Assembly: GCA_013239625.1 (NCBI GenBank)
Contig: MU054323.1
Span: forward strand, 4,132,214-4,196,213
Source: Lama guanicoe
Lineage: Eukaryota
Direction: 5' to 3'
DNA: 64,000 nt
Positions 46,527 to 60,303 of the stretch are shown here, in pieces. The translations under genes and the position numbers were made by a program. Positions within the stretch are counted from its first letter, which is position 1, and every line of letters begins with the position of its first letter. Under the pieces are notes generated by a model. That model was not told the DNA's origin and searched no databases. It saw only the letters and a program-made list of their open reading frames with translations.

Positions 46527-49069
46527 CTCTTCATGCCCTCTTATCCCTGCCTTTGGGCCTTCTTGATTCCTTCACCCAGAGACACACAGGGCCCACCTTC
46601 TCCCTCTGGTTATCCTGTGTTCTACAAGGGCTCCAGCACTGGTCCCTCACACTTCGAGAGAATTCAGGAGCTGGGTTTTCAGCCCAATTGCTCCAGAGAG
46701 GAAGAGATGTCTCCTGGAAATGAAGTTCTCAACTTCAGCCTGTGCCTCTGAAATTTTTTTTTTACTTTGGTCAGTTTGGTCCAAATTCAGACTCAGCTGG
46801 TGTCCTTTTGACTCAGGTCTCTGGGTTCTGTGCCCAGAGCAGGTCCTGTGGCCGCTGCTGCTGGAACCGTGCGTATCACTGATATTCCTGGTAAAACCAT
46901 GGCCCTGGGAGTGCTAAAGTGGATAGAGGCTTTTCATTCTCAGAAAATCCTATCAAAATGCCAGGGATGTAATGATACAGGGAGCATGGGAGAAGTTAGG
47001 ATGAATCTAAAGCTTTATTTTAATGTATCTGTGGAAATAAATGTAGCATGCACCCGTGTTTTGGGAAGAAAAGTGCATGTCTGTGTGTAGACCCGTGCAT
47101 GTATGTGTCTGTATTAAAGCATACAAAGCAATGTAGCTAGATTAGTGTTTTAACATATAAATCTAGAAGAAAACACTGAGGTACAGCTTGTGCATCTATA
47201 TCTGAAAGTATTTTCTTAACCACCGCAGTGAGACGCTCACATGTGTGGAGCCACGGGCACAGGCGGGATGAGCAGGGCTGGCTGCGGGGCTCACCCAGGC
47301 CCAGGGGCAGTGCCTGTGCCTTTGCTTTACCTGGTTCTACGGTCGGAAGAACTGCTCTCTGTGACTTTTAAACTTCCAGGGGGAAGGGCAGGATGCCAGT
47401 TTTCAGGCGTGGCATTTCTGTAAACGAGTCAAAAGCCGTTGGGGAACCATAAACGTGTGCATATGATGGTGCAGTATGTCGCCGCTGGGCCTCGAGGGCT
47501 GATGTTCCCCATATCCCACAGTTTTATGACCCCACACCTTTAAACGTTCATTTCCATCGCCCTGCATGAGGACATAAAGTCAGGTGGCGCGTCCACCAGT
47601 CCTGGCGGGCGCCGATCCCGAGCCCTGCAGTCCTAACAGCGGCTTCCCTGGGAGAGGAGAGCCGTCTCCTCCCCAGCCGACCCGCCAGAGAGTGTCGGCA
47701 CCAGGCCAGGCCTGCGGCCAGTGTCCCAGTGTCCTCTGCCGGCAGTCACCTCAAGGCACTCTTCCCTCGTCCCTTGTTTTCCTGGTATCAGACCTGTTAT
47801 ATGTGTGTGTCTGGGGTAACACGCTGGGGAGGTTGTGCTCGCCTCTCCCTTTAACCCGTGGCCTGCCACCGCTCCTGAAGCTCGCCAGTGGTTGGTAGCC
47901 ATTTGCTGAACTGATGAATGACTGTCCCCTGTAAGAGCTGCTTCTTCGCTGATGGTGGCTTTCACAAGCTAGTTAACACTGGGCTGTGAATAAAATATGG
48001 TGCAGAAAGCTCGGGTGACGAGGCCACACTGCCAGGTGGAGAGCCAGAGTTACTCATTCACTTCTTCGCATGTAACAGTCCAGAGCCTGGCTGTTTGCTG
48101 GAGGTAATCCTGTGTTAGGGGATGTGGCACCCAGTCTCCCCATAGCACCAGCCAGGCCAGGTGTGGACGACTGAGCTTCAGATGCACTTAAAGATCCTCT
48201 TTATCATGTGGTCCTCAGCTAGCAGTGAATCTTTGGGCTGAAGAGAATTACTTTGCTGCTGAAACTGCTTGTAATTTATAACAGAGTGACATAAGCTGAA
48301 TGCAGTTTTTTTCCCCCTAGGGAGGATCCCCAATTTCTTCATTTTCTTGGTACTCGGACACGTTGTGGAAGTGCTGATAAAGGTCAGTCATTTCCGGTAT
48401 GTACACAGTCACCGTTACTGGCAAAGGTGTCAGTTCTAGAGTGGTCAGAGAGTCTGGACCTGGGGGAGGGCCCACAATATCCCACAACAGACACTCAACT
48501 CAATCGTTTCATATCTCTGTGTTTAATTTTCTTAGAATAACGTCTCTGCACAGTTCATCTGAGGTCAAGTTAGTGAATGTAGTCATTGAATGAGAAGGAA
48601 TGCTCAGATTTAAGGGCACAGAATGTCGAAATGTGTTATGATAAGACATAATGATGGAACACCTGGCCATCCCAGCATTTAATAGGCATTTATACTCTCC
48701 AGTGTATATTGCATTTCTCTGTAAGAGCTGGACACAGCACACTGGATAGACACATTCTCCTCACCCTAGTACCACTTCTGGGTTTAATTGTAACAAAGTG
48801 ACACACAGTGAGAGTCACCTGACCCAGGGATGTGGTCAGGTGGTCCCACATCCAGGCATTTCCCATGAAATGGGAAGCATCACATTACAGCCATCAAAGC
48901 TACACTTGGTACCTCAAGCTCACTTTGTGTCTCAGCATATAACTTAGGGGATCACTTGTCTTCCCACATCTTCTGTGCCTTCTTCTGTTGTCAGTGTTGA
49001 TACCGGCTGCATGACGGAAACTCCCGCATTACCGGTTACAAAACACTTCCCTGTCCAGCAGCGGCCTTG

Positions 49070-49230
49070 GTTCTCACACTAACCCTGTGAGGTGGACCAG
49101 ATGACTTTTGCACACAGCTCTACAAACTAATGCTCTGTGAGGTCATGTGACTTATTCAGAACCATCTAGCTGACTGGGGACAGGGCTGGCTCCAGAGCTC
49201 TGGACTTCTGAGTTCTAATCTAGTACCGTG
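49070..49230 (-). mobile_element. MIR SINE
   Basis: AACCCTGTGAGGTGG...GAGGTCATGTGACTTATTCAGAACCA... Confidence 0.55.
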
Positions 49231-51641
49231 TATACTGCCCAGCACGGTGCTGTCCTAACCCAAGAACTGTCTTTGTGAAAAGGCACATCAAGTTTTCCCC
49301 AATGATGCTTGACCTCAGTAAGTCCTTTCAATCATAGTCTTCAAAACTTCTGAAGTAAACCCTAGTTTTGTCCTTCAGCACTCTCCTTTCCAGTCTCTTG
49401 GCTCCATTTCTGGGTGCTGACCTGATGCCATTCCAGCCCTGTGGATAAGATTATTTCCAATCCCTTCTACTCTCTGCTCCTCCATGTGTCCTTTGAAAGC
49501 AGCCTGGACATATCCAGGAGTGGGCAGTGAGTAAGTGTGTGTTATTCTAGCTAGCTTCTCCTTGGGGAGGGGATTATAAGACAGAACATGAGTGAATGCA
49601 CCTGTGCAAGGCTGGGCACACAGCAGAGAGTTAATAAACATTAGTTCAATTAAAACTTTAGAATCAAAACAGTGCTATAGGGGGACGAATGGGCTACCTG
49701 GTGAGCTGAGGCATTTGTCTTTGGGGTCTCTTGTCTCTCTCTTTCAGCCACTCCCCCAATGCTCCCTGGCGCCCACTTTCAGAGGATTTGTGCTTATCCT
49801 TTTCCAAACATGCTCTCAAAATGGCCAGAGAGTTATCAGTTCTTACAAATGAGTGGAGCTGGTTTTCAGGCAGACGTGGAGCATGGGAAGAAATGAAGCC
49901 CAAATAAAGATAGGAAATTCTGGTGACAGGATTCTTGACATTGGCCAACATGTGAGGCCAAGAGAGGGATCAAAGGAAAGAATCTTTGGATTCCCACCTC
50001 TGAGTTAACACTCTGGGGGCTACTACCCACGGAAGAGTGAATAAAGTTCTTCAAACATGGCTGGAATTGGGTGCTTAGAAAAGATTTTAGATGCTTCAGC
50101 ATTGCACCAGTGAGCTGTGCTTTCGACTCCGTTCTGGGCATATCACAGTCCTGTTCCTTCCGGAGCCAACTGAATTAATTGGGAAAGGGAGAGAGCCCCA
50201 GTGACTTGTGCTCTGACAAGCCCTTGGTCTCTTTGAGCTCCGGTGACAGGCAGCCAGACTTCAAAGGCCCTCCATGCCCTCCTCCTTTTACCCTGCCTGT
50301 CAAGAGAGGCTGCAGAGGAGTGAATGCTGGGGCTAAGGGAGGGCAGCGGGTAGCGGATCCTCCTGACATTTGTCCTTCCCTCACTGCCGACAGCCAACTC
50401 GAGACCGGCTCTGTAGCCCGCTGCCACAGTTCTCCAACCTCTCACACCAGGGAGACAGCTCAGCCTCTAAATTTAGCAGGAGAAGGGGAAGGGGAGGTCA
50501 GTGTGTCCAGGGTGAGGGCTGAAGGTGGACACGGAATAAAAGAGACAGTGGACAAGCAGGGGCAGTGAGAAAGAGAAGAGTGAGTGAGGGGAGGGGCTTC
50601 AAGTCAGAGTAGCCATTACTGATTGAGAGAGAAGAGAGTCTTTTAAAGAGTTTGTAAAAATGTAGTGTGTGAATCTTTCACTGTTAGTGCCAGGAGCATT
50701 GCTAATGTGTGCTAATGGGAACAGTCAGTTTGCATTTGTGAGGAGGCTGAACTAGAGCTCTCTTTTAGTGCAGCACCCGGCTGTTTAAGCAGTCAGAGCT
50801 ACTGTAACTGTAATGAGCCCAATGACATTTCTGATCCGTGGAAGGCAAGGCAGTGGAGGGGGTACTTATTAAGCACCTATTATGAGCCAGGACTGGAATT
50901 TGCACAATTCATTACTTAGCTCATTTAATCTTACAATAGCTGGGTGTGATTGCTTCCAGGATAATTTTCTCTTTTGAATTAATGGATTAAGGTGAGGTTC
51001 AATTTGTTGGCTTTAAGTGACTAGGCTAGGATTCGGGTAGATTGGTCTGATCATAAAATGCTTTTTCCATTCCTATGGTAAGTGAATGTGAATACTCTGA
51101 AACCCCTCCCACCGGAATGCTAGTCTATGGCACTAACCACTTCCTTCATAAAGGTCACATTTTAAACTTCTTTTTAACGGACATTACACTGATTTGTCCT
51201 TTTAATTCTCTGGCGATTCTGTTTACACTGTTGCTCAATTTAGCACACCATGTCTGTCTTGAAGGAGGCTCAGATGAGTTTTAGGAAGATTTTGTTATCA
51301 GATCAGAGCCAAAATTCTGAATCAAAGTACTTGTGTGGATTGACTGGCTCTATGAAATCTTAATGTCTTCGGTAACCAGTGCATGCCACCTGAAATAATA
51401 CTGGTATAGATCCTGACGATCTCAATGGAAAACTTCTGGGCAGGAGAAGCATATGGATAAAAACATGTCCCTAACCAGGCAGGAACACCACATTCAGTCA
51501 GGACACAACTGCAGCGTGGCAACTGTATGCATCCTCCTGATTCTACAGTTCTCCAAGGAAGAATTTTTTTTAATGATTTAATGACGAAATTCAGAAGATT
51601 ATTATGAAGTATGTTTATTTATTATTGTACTAGCACCACCT

Positions 51642-51654
51642 GTTGCTTGGCAAC
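51642..51654. promoter_or_regulatory. RFX X-box-like palindrome
   Basis: GTTGCTTGGCAAC; a second near-site GTTGCTTAGCAAAC at 51783-51796. Confidence 0.4.
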
Positions 51655-54504
51655 CAAGAATTTGACCAGTCATAAGTGAGAAGAGCAACATTTCCAGTTC
51701 CTCTGTCTGGCTCGGCTGGCATCAATGTGGGGCTTGGCGCTGGACTGGAGATACTCAGCTGGCCTCTGCTTTGTCCCAGAAAGTTGCTTAGCAAACAGGA
51801 TGCACTTACAAGCATGCCTTCATGACTAAATAGTCAGATGAATGAAGGAAGGGCTGTCCCCAAAGGATCTTACTTAAAATTTTTTTTTTAAGTTAACCTC
51901 CCAATGAATCCTGGAAGTAGGTTCTAACAGGGAAAGGGTGGAGCAGAACTTTGAAAGGTGTGAAAGTGTGTGTGGTGTGTGTGTGTGCATGTGTGTGAAG
52001 GAAGAGAGGGAGGGGAAAGATGAAGTCCTGGGAATGGAGAAAGGGAAAGGCTCGAGGGCTGTGGGTTCTCTTGGCACTTGCCATCCTGTCAACCACATAT
52101 GCCTCCATGCAGGTCACTCCGCAGGTCAGGAGCCTGGCCACCTCCATCCCAGTGTCATGCTTTCTCTTCAGTCCTCATGATCACTGCTGCTCCCCTCAGT
52201 GCCTGGGGCTGACTGGGAAGGTGGGTTGTTTGCTCTCTAACAGGTCAGGATTCTGCTTCTTCCCCCTCACCTGGTAGGTGAGATGCTGACCTCTAGATAG
52301 TCAGGAGCACAGGATCCTCTGCTAAGCCTCGATACTTCCATGTGAGCAGTTCAGGCCGATTTGTCGTACAAGAAATGACTGCTACATTATGAATTATGAC
52401 TCATTTCTAGCTAACATGCATTGTTTCCCCTGCAGCTCTTTTTATGTTAAAGCCTGTCTCTCCCAGTGTTATCTGATGGTTTCCTAGGAGATGCCCTCAC
52501 CGGCCATGCTCTCCACTGATGCCAGAGTTGGATATTATCTATAAGCACTAAATATCTGCTTTGTTCACTCAGCACTGCTCTGCCCTTTCTCCCTGGGCTG
52601 GCGGCTACTTTCTCGCCAGGGTCCCTAATGGCTGTGCAGAGAGAGGGAAAGACTAAATGTGTCTGCCTTCCCACATCTTCCACAGTCGTGAGCTGGGCTC
52701 CCAGCCCGCTCTGATAGATGTACTCACTGGTAACTTTCAGTCTAATGTAAAGAATTGTTTGTTGCTGGTGGGTTTTCCAAATTGAGACAAAAACATTGCC
52801 AGATTTCATATGAAGGGGAACAGAGACCCCCTTCTTCAGAAGTGTAGGTTATTTATTCTCCTTCTGCCCCACTTCTAGCTCCATAAAATGGAACTTCTGC
52901 GGTACCATCTAGGAGCATCAGCAACAGCTACTGGAAACTTCAAGTAGGGAGCTTTACTTCCTGTTTCTTAGTCTTCTTTGACAGAAAGGTCCAAATATAG
53001 CTCCAGGCTGGCTTTCCGTAATGTGATGAGAAGACAGGGAGTCCCAGAAGTTTGAGAGAGCTGCTGTCACCATGGGAAGAGGGCTTGACAACTTGGGCAG
53101 TATCCACACAAAGATACAATTTCTAATCTGTCAAAATTGCTTTTTCTTAGAAGCCCTGATTATGTTAATACATTCTCTATCTGATCTGATTGTCTCTCTT
53201 AGAAATTTTCTTCTTACAACTGTAACCAAAGCCAAACAAATTATATTCAGATCAGGAAATAAATACACTCTTTAGGGGAAAGTGTAGGCATACATATTAT
53301 TTCTGGAGCTAAGTTTAAAGATAGATCACATATATCATGGGTTAGCACTAGAATTTTGAGGTGAGAAGTGGTAGAAGATGACAAACAGGAACTGGAAAGA
53401 AACAAGAACTGTTAGAAGGAAATCTGATTACTGCCGAGAATCTGAGAGTAAAATGCAGTTCAAACTATTTCCTTTATGGCACAAGTACAGGAAATAAAAC
53501 AAAGATAGTAGACTATTATTTGATTAAGTAAAGCAAATAATTCCAAGGGACCAAATTAATCAGCATTTACTCCAAGAAAGAAAACCTTCTGCTTATCTCC
53601 TCCCTTCCCCTGCTCTGTCTGGGGATCCATGGAGCGACATGTGTTGGTTTGAATTCATGACAGAGTCCTCGAAAATGAGTGCAAGTGCTTGAATAGGTGA
53701 CAGAGGCTACCCCATACAGCAGCTGTTTGCAAACAGAATCATTCCATCTGTGCTCTGATGACTTCACTTATCCATTCTTTAGCCGTAGATTTTTGTCTCT
53801 GAGTGAGCCAGCTAATGTGATCACGGTTGAAGATGACATCATGACGTTATGGGTGACAAGCTGAACCCAATTCTTGTGCCTAAAACAAGTCCATACAAAG
53901 TGTTGCCAGGAGACTCCATCCAGATAGCCTGAGTACTATGCAAAGTAATGACATTCAGACTTGTTTGATTGGGACCCATGCTAAAAACATATATTTGATG
54001 GCACCAACTAGTAGGTGCATACATATATAAAAATATCTGCATGTGTATGCAAATGAAGCAAACATATAATAAAACAGTACTTCATCTCACTATGTGGGAT
54101 GAACTGATACTTTTCATTCCTTTGCATTTCATTCCACTGCAGATAATTGATTATGACTCTCTAAATAAATTTTACTACTCTGACAGTGATTTCGATACAG
54201 GTGTAGGGTAGGGTGTAGGGTAGGAAAGGGACACTTTGGAACCATGTCTTCAAGGTGGTGGTTCTACCTGCAGGCCTGGAAGAGGACAGTGTCACGTGGC
54301 AGCTCCTACGTATTTGAGTAACATCTGACAAATACTGTAAAAACACAGACCATTTAAAACATTTGGTGGATTACCATTTTGCTTCAGCATAATAGGTTGA
54401 ATAAAATACAACTTATTTGAAATGAATTTTAATATAAGTAGTATATAATTTGGTAAAAGATTTTTTTCTTTAAATTTATTTTGAAAAGAAAACAGTAGTA
54501 AAGG

Positions 54505-54740
54505 GTATTAATTTATTGAGGCCTTATATGTGCCTAGTATATTATAAAAGTTATTTTTCTTAGTCCTTAGGGTCACCCTGAAAGGAAGGTATTGTTATCA
54601 TCATTTTACAGGTAAGGAAACTGAGGTATAGAGGAGTTTATGTGACGTAACTAATTCAATGCAACTCCTCAGTAAAGGACCCAAGATTCGTTCACGTGTG
54701 AGTCTGTTTCACCGTAAAGCAGGTGCCCTTTCCCCTGCAC
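54505..54740 (-). mobile_element. MIR SINE
   Basis: TTTATTGAGGCCTTATATGTGCC...CATTTTACAGGTAAGGAAACTGAGG. Confidence 0.8.
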
Positions 54741-55169
54741 TCTGCTACATTCCCTGTAAGCCGCCACTGGGCTCCAGCTTCATTAGGTTGGCAAGCACTG
54801 ACGACTGACACTTCTCTAAGGAGTCATTTGATTTCTCCTTTGTTCAGAGATATCCTGAAAGTTACTGCAACAAGGGTTTTGACTCCATCAATAAACATTT
54901 CCAGGGCAGGGGACTCTGTTTCTTAGAACACAAGTTGGACTTGTAGTCAGACCGGTGCTGTTGTCAGCATTTTTTCAAACACAAAAACCTATGAATGGTC
55001 ATACACACTTGGGATCAGAAGTACTCTGTGCTTCCAAAGAGCAGGCTACACCAGCCTGCCAAGAGACCAAGCCATTGCTGGGGGCTGTTTGGCTGGACGA
55101 TTTGACTGTTGGTCAAGGGTTACTAAATAAGAGACAGGATGGTCTCATGGGAGGGAGGGCTGGCTCTGG

Positions 55170-55365
55170 ACATCAGAGCAGTGGGTTCCAACATAGAATG
55201 GGCTGCTAGGCGGCTGTGAAAATTTGCAAAAACTACTTAATCCCCTGGACTTGTTTTCTCATCTGGAAAATAAGGTTAATTATTATATCTATTTATGGAA
55301 TTGTTGTGTGAGAATAATATAAGTAAAGCACATAGTAATATTATTAGATTTTACTACTGTTATTA
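55170..55365 (+). mobile_element. MIR SINE
   Basis: ACTACTTAATCCCCTGGACTTGTTTTCTCATCTGGAAAATAAGG...GTAAAGCACATAG. Confidence 0.65.
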
Positions 55366-58274
55366 TTTGTCACTCAAAGCATTCAGCTTTGCTCTTTTCA
55401 ATACTCAACAGTTGCATTTATGTCCAAATTCAAGTGCTAGACAGAAATGAAGCTTTTGTACTTGCCACCAGAGAGGCCTATTTATTTTTCGTCATTGCCT
55501 GCCAGAAACCCACAAAATCACCATTTGCCTATCCAAAGATACCTGATTATTCAATGTTTTATGTTATTAAATATTTGAAAGCAGTGAGGCCTTAAAGAGA
55601 AATTAGGTTATGCCCTCAAGTCCTTTAGAAATTTCTATTTGCTGCTCTCTTCTCTCTGCCCCGCTTATCTAGGAGGAAAGACATGTTGTGGCTTTTGACT
55701 CAATAATGGGACCCATATTAATACAAAAGAAAGTTCAAAAGCAGAGAGAAAATCGGCAGAATGGGAGAAAAGGCAAATGGATATTTAAAAAATGTCCTGC
55801 CAAATACTTTGAATTGATGAAGGCACAGCTGAGAATGTCTCCCAGCGTGTAGGCATAAGCAGCCATTTTGCTTTATACAGCCTCAGAGTAGTGCCTCTGG
55901 AGAAATTAGCCAGAGTTGAGTAGGAATGGATTGAAGAAGGAACAGAAGGCTTAACCGAGCAGTGAAGGCAGATAAAAACCCAGGTCCTCAGCTTGGAGTT
56001 TCTACAGGGTCCAGCCTCTCCCTCGTTCTCTCTGTTGCTGGTTCCACAGATGAAATCAGAGGAGATGGCCAGAGGGTTATGTTATATCTCTCAGACCAGT
56101 CACTTGTGCAAAAGGATCACCATTGGGAAGAAATTCACTAGTATTTGAGGAAAACAAGTCAGAAGTCCGTGTTTTAGGTTGGGACCTCCTGAGAAGCATT
56201 ACTCTGAGAGTAACAACAGACCACAAATCGGAGTGAAGCTCCAAGTTAGGGTTTGCCCTTGTTTGGGACTGAGCAGCCCGTCAGACAGACTGGGTGTGGG
56301 CGGCAGTGGCCGACAGCGGGCTGTGAGGCATCTTGCTGGCTGGAGTTGTCTGAGGAAGATGAACTGTCCCTGCAGGGGCCACAAGCTGCTCAGAAGGTTT
56401 GTCATGATTCAAATGTTGCTCAGTTGTTGGAAGGACAGTGGTGCCCAAGAGCTGGACCATCATCCGGGATCTTTCCTTGAGGCGACTAACCTAGTAATGG
56501 AGAAGCACTCTGTCTGCCACTGGTCAGCATGTAGCCGTGGTTCCTGGCTGCTGGTCACGCCCTGACCCTGGTGGAGAGCCAACAACAAAATGAGTCATCT
56601 TACATTTTATTCTGTGCCTTTTGCTTCAGGCTCTGCCTCTGTCATGGGGCATCTGTAGGCAGCAGTCGGTTCCTATGTGACTTGCTGGGTTCAGGAAACC
56701 AATTCTCCATCCTTCTGTAAGTGTTACAGAGTACATAGGGATTCAAGGAAGACGCCTGTCCCCCTGTGCTTTCCATCCTGGGTCATGACCTTCACATGTA
56801 TCTTACCTGTTCAGTCCTGTCTCCCCCTAACAAATCCTGGTGAAAGTGTGAATTCAGGTTCTCTTTGGCCTCCCTCCTCACCCCAGCTCTCCCTTTTTAC
56901 CTCAGATTTCAGGGTCTACCGCCAGCCCCTGTTTATCAATATTCTACCCCATCTTGCTATCAGAAATCAACATGAAAGTCTTCCTCATAAGATAAATGAC
57001 TGACATCATTTAAAAGCATGACTGTTTCTCAAGGATATTTGTAGCTGAACACGGTGGCAGTGTCTCTAACAGACCAATGCCTCTTTACTCTTTTCTGTAC
57101 CTTTTAATTCATGCTTTCTGTTTACCCCTTTATTTCTACACCCATACCTCCATCCTCTACTGCCTCCAAAACTGATGGCTGCTTCTTCAATTATTAATTA
57201 ATCATACGAATCAAATTTTTTTGTCCTTGCTTTTTATCTCCTCTTTGGTTTCAGCAGCTATCTGGTATCCAAGTGTCGGAACTGTTCCTTTTGTTTCCAG
57301 TCCCTAATACCTACCCATAGGTACCCCAGTGTCCAGATTTTCTCTATCACTAGACAAACCTAAAACCTTGAATCTGAGTTGGGATTTTCCAGCCACAATC
57401 TACATGCTTCCCTTTTTCTCCACTTCCATACCTAACTGAACTTTTCTCTGTCTTAACTGGGCTTGCCAATAGCTTCTACTCTTCAAATTGAGTTGAATCC
57501 ACTTTGAATTTATCTGAACCCTTGCATTGCCTGAATTCCATTACCATTCTGTCAAAGATTCTCAAATCAATATCCAAGACTCCACGTGCCCTAAACTTTC
57601 TCTGAGTTTGCCATACCATCTTCTTCCTCAAAGAATACCATCCTTATGAAGATGACTAAAGAAGGCCAACAAACCAAGCAGACCTACATCTCAGGAAAGC
57701 TTGGATTTGGGGTCTTTTGCACAATCGGGTGGCACGATCCCACCTGTCTGAGTGTCACGTCTTTTCCTGTATCCAATCTAAGACCCTCTGTCACGTGAGG
57801 AGACTCTTAAGCGGGGATTTACTGTGACTGCCACCTGGAAAGGCTGAGAGATTTAAGTGCTCCAACTCACAAAGAGGCAGCTCAGGAGAAATAAACATTG
57901 TGACATTTAAGAAGCAAAAAGAGCATTTACTTTGGGTTGGATGTGACACTGTATATCACCATAATGGACTGCTCTGTGCCCACTGTGAAGTCCCAGGTGA
58001 TGAGCTGCAGCCAGTGACAGAGCTGGCTTTGAGTCCACAGACCTGCTCCTTTGGAGTCTGGTACTTGAGTTTCTCATATGTTATATGTAACTCCTTCCTC
58101 CTGCATTGCATGTAACAGTCTTCACAGTGTGGCCCACAGGGTGGTCCATCTGCTATGGAGGGAACCCCAGTGAGCTCCCAGCCTGTAGGGCATGATTTTC
58201 ACTGTGGATTCTCACATCATAGTCTTCTGGGAAATTCAGAACCTTCCCACCATTCCAAGACGGTTAGTGTTCAC

Positions 58275-58790
58275 TTAATTTCAGCTTAATATTTAGCCCA
58301 CGTTTTTGAAGCATGTGTTAAATTTGAAGCACTATGTTCAGTTACATATATACAGAAAGAAGACAGACATGGATACTGTCCTCAAGAAATAACTTGACCT
58401 AGTGAGCTAGAGACTAGTGTATACATGTCTATAAATAGTGAAAAGTGTAATAAGTATTAAACTGCAAATAATAACCAAAACTCATGAGAACATAGGTGAA
58501 GGAATGAGGAATTCTGATGGAGGAATAGGTGAAGAATGAGGAAATCTTCGTAGATGAGCTGGCATTTGAGTTTCGCCAGTTTTGAAGAACAGATATGTCT
58601 AAATGGGCAGAGATGAGGAGAGAACAGAGACAGGAGAAGGATTAAAGGAGGAGGGAACAGAGTGAGAAAAAGGCTGTGATCGAACCAGGGGCTGAGACAA
58701 GTATGTGAATTCTAGATGTTTGGGGTGGGAGAGGAGAGTGAGGTGAGGCATCAAAGGGGAATTGAATAGGCTTCAAGTTTAACAGTCAAT
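58275..58790 (-). mobile_element. L2 3' fragment
   Basis: AAGAAGACAGACATGGATACTGTCCTCAAG...GGCATTTGAGTT...TTTGAAGAA...GAGGGAACAGAGTGAGAAAAAGGC. Confidence 0.65.
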
Positions 58791-59653
58791 AAATGCCAAT
58801 AGCTGTGCAAAGCACAGGGTTAGCCTCTGACAAGGGAAGGAGGGATACAGAAGTTTTCCCTCTGTGGCCAGGAAGTAGAAGCCACACAAATCCAAAGGCT
58901 GCTTTCTGAGCTGTGAGTGGACCCAGAGCTGTCCATAGCCGTGGGTTTTTTTTTTTTTAATTGCTTGAGTTCTCTTGATCATCTCTTTCTCTTGGCATTC
59001 TGAGTGCTCACCCTCAGTCTTTTCTTCATTTGTTAAACCCTGATGATGTGAACCATCTGATGACCCTTCCTAGTCTCCAGTTTTTGTCTACATTGTTGAC
59101 TCTGATCAGTTCTCTACCGAATAAACGATGACCTAATTCTTCTATGCTCTGGCCGGCCCTGAGTGGAGTTTGTCTTCATATAAATGCAGACATATTTTGC
59201 CTTGGTAATTCTTGCTTCTACTGCATGTTTTTCCCTCCAGGCACTTACTTTGTTGTTATGCAGGCACACAGATTCAATGCCTGGGATGGTTTTCAGTGTT
59301 ATGGATGCACCAGGAAAAACACAACACAAAAACTGTCACAGTCAAAAGCGTTCCGACTTCAATGAGCAATGAAGTGGCATGAATTCCAACTCATGGTTCC
59401 AAAGGATTTCCATAAGCCTCTTGATTTCCAAATGAGAAAATCATGATAAGCAGTTAATTAGCTCCTTAAGCAAAGGCGAGCCACCACCGACAGTGCTGTG
59501 CACTCCAAGCTCTCAGGAGAGGGACGCCAGCACCACATCCTGAAAAACATGCAGTGCAAGCATGAAACCAGAGTTCACATACATTCAAGTAATGTCCTTT
59601 GACTTTTCATTAAGCTGGACGTGTCCCAGTTACCCCTTGGGGACTTTCTTAAT

Positions 59654-59667
59654 GTTATCATGGCAAC
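59654..59667. promoter_or_regulatory. RFX X-box motif
   Basis: GTTATCATGGCAAC, 12/14 match to GTTGCCATGGCAAC. Confidence 0.45.
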
Positions 59668-60303
59668 ATACAATTAAGTCAGATTACATTTTTTTATATG
59701 CAGGGAGAGGTGCTAAGATACCATTCTAAATTACTCATCAGTTCACTTTTCACAAAACAACCCCAGATATGACTTTAAGATGTGCAATATTAAAAAATAG
59801 CAGATAATGTGATATTGCTAGATCATGTAAAGAAGCCTTTCTCCCTTTCACCGGGGAGAACAAAAGACTTAATCGAGCTCCACGTGTGTCGCTGTGCTTA
59901 TCACAGCTTACCGTATTACTCTGATTTATGTGGCAGATTGTGAACTGGAGAATTAACCGAAGTTTCTTCCCCAGGGCTGGAATATTCTGATTTCAGCCTT
60001 ACAGAGCCAGGGATAGCTTGGAAAGGAAGCTGAATCACTTTTTCTCTTTTTCTCCTCCTTCTCCCTCACCTTGTGTGTGTGTGTGTGTAAGTTTGACCCT
60101 TGGTTTTCATATCACAGTCACTAAGGAGTTATTAAGGAGACTGATGAAATAAAAGCACCTTTAGAAGGGTCTCATCCCCATGAGCCTTAAAGCCCAACCC
60201 CTACCTTTGACTTTAGAAAAAGACGCCTGCTTCAAAGGAGAGAGACAGTATTAGGATGTTGAGTTATACAGTTGGAGGCTGGCCCCGGTGGGATAAGGTT
60301 TAG

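Noticed and set aside
30190..50568. Many 60-150 aa ORFs in the GC-richer region (e.g. 39981-40433, 43879-44277, 46313-46723, 50179-50568)
   Set aside because: No recognisable domain and no consistent strand or splice chain; several overlap LTRs. Their number is what chance gives at this GC content.
51631..51638. TAGCACCA, the miR-29 5' end
   Set aside because: 8-nt match only; the rest of the mature sequence and the hairpin are absent.
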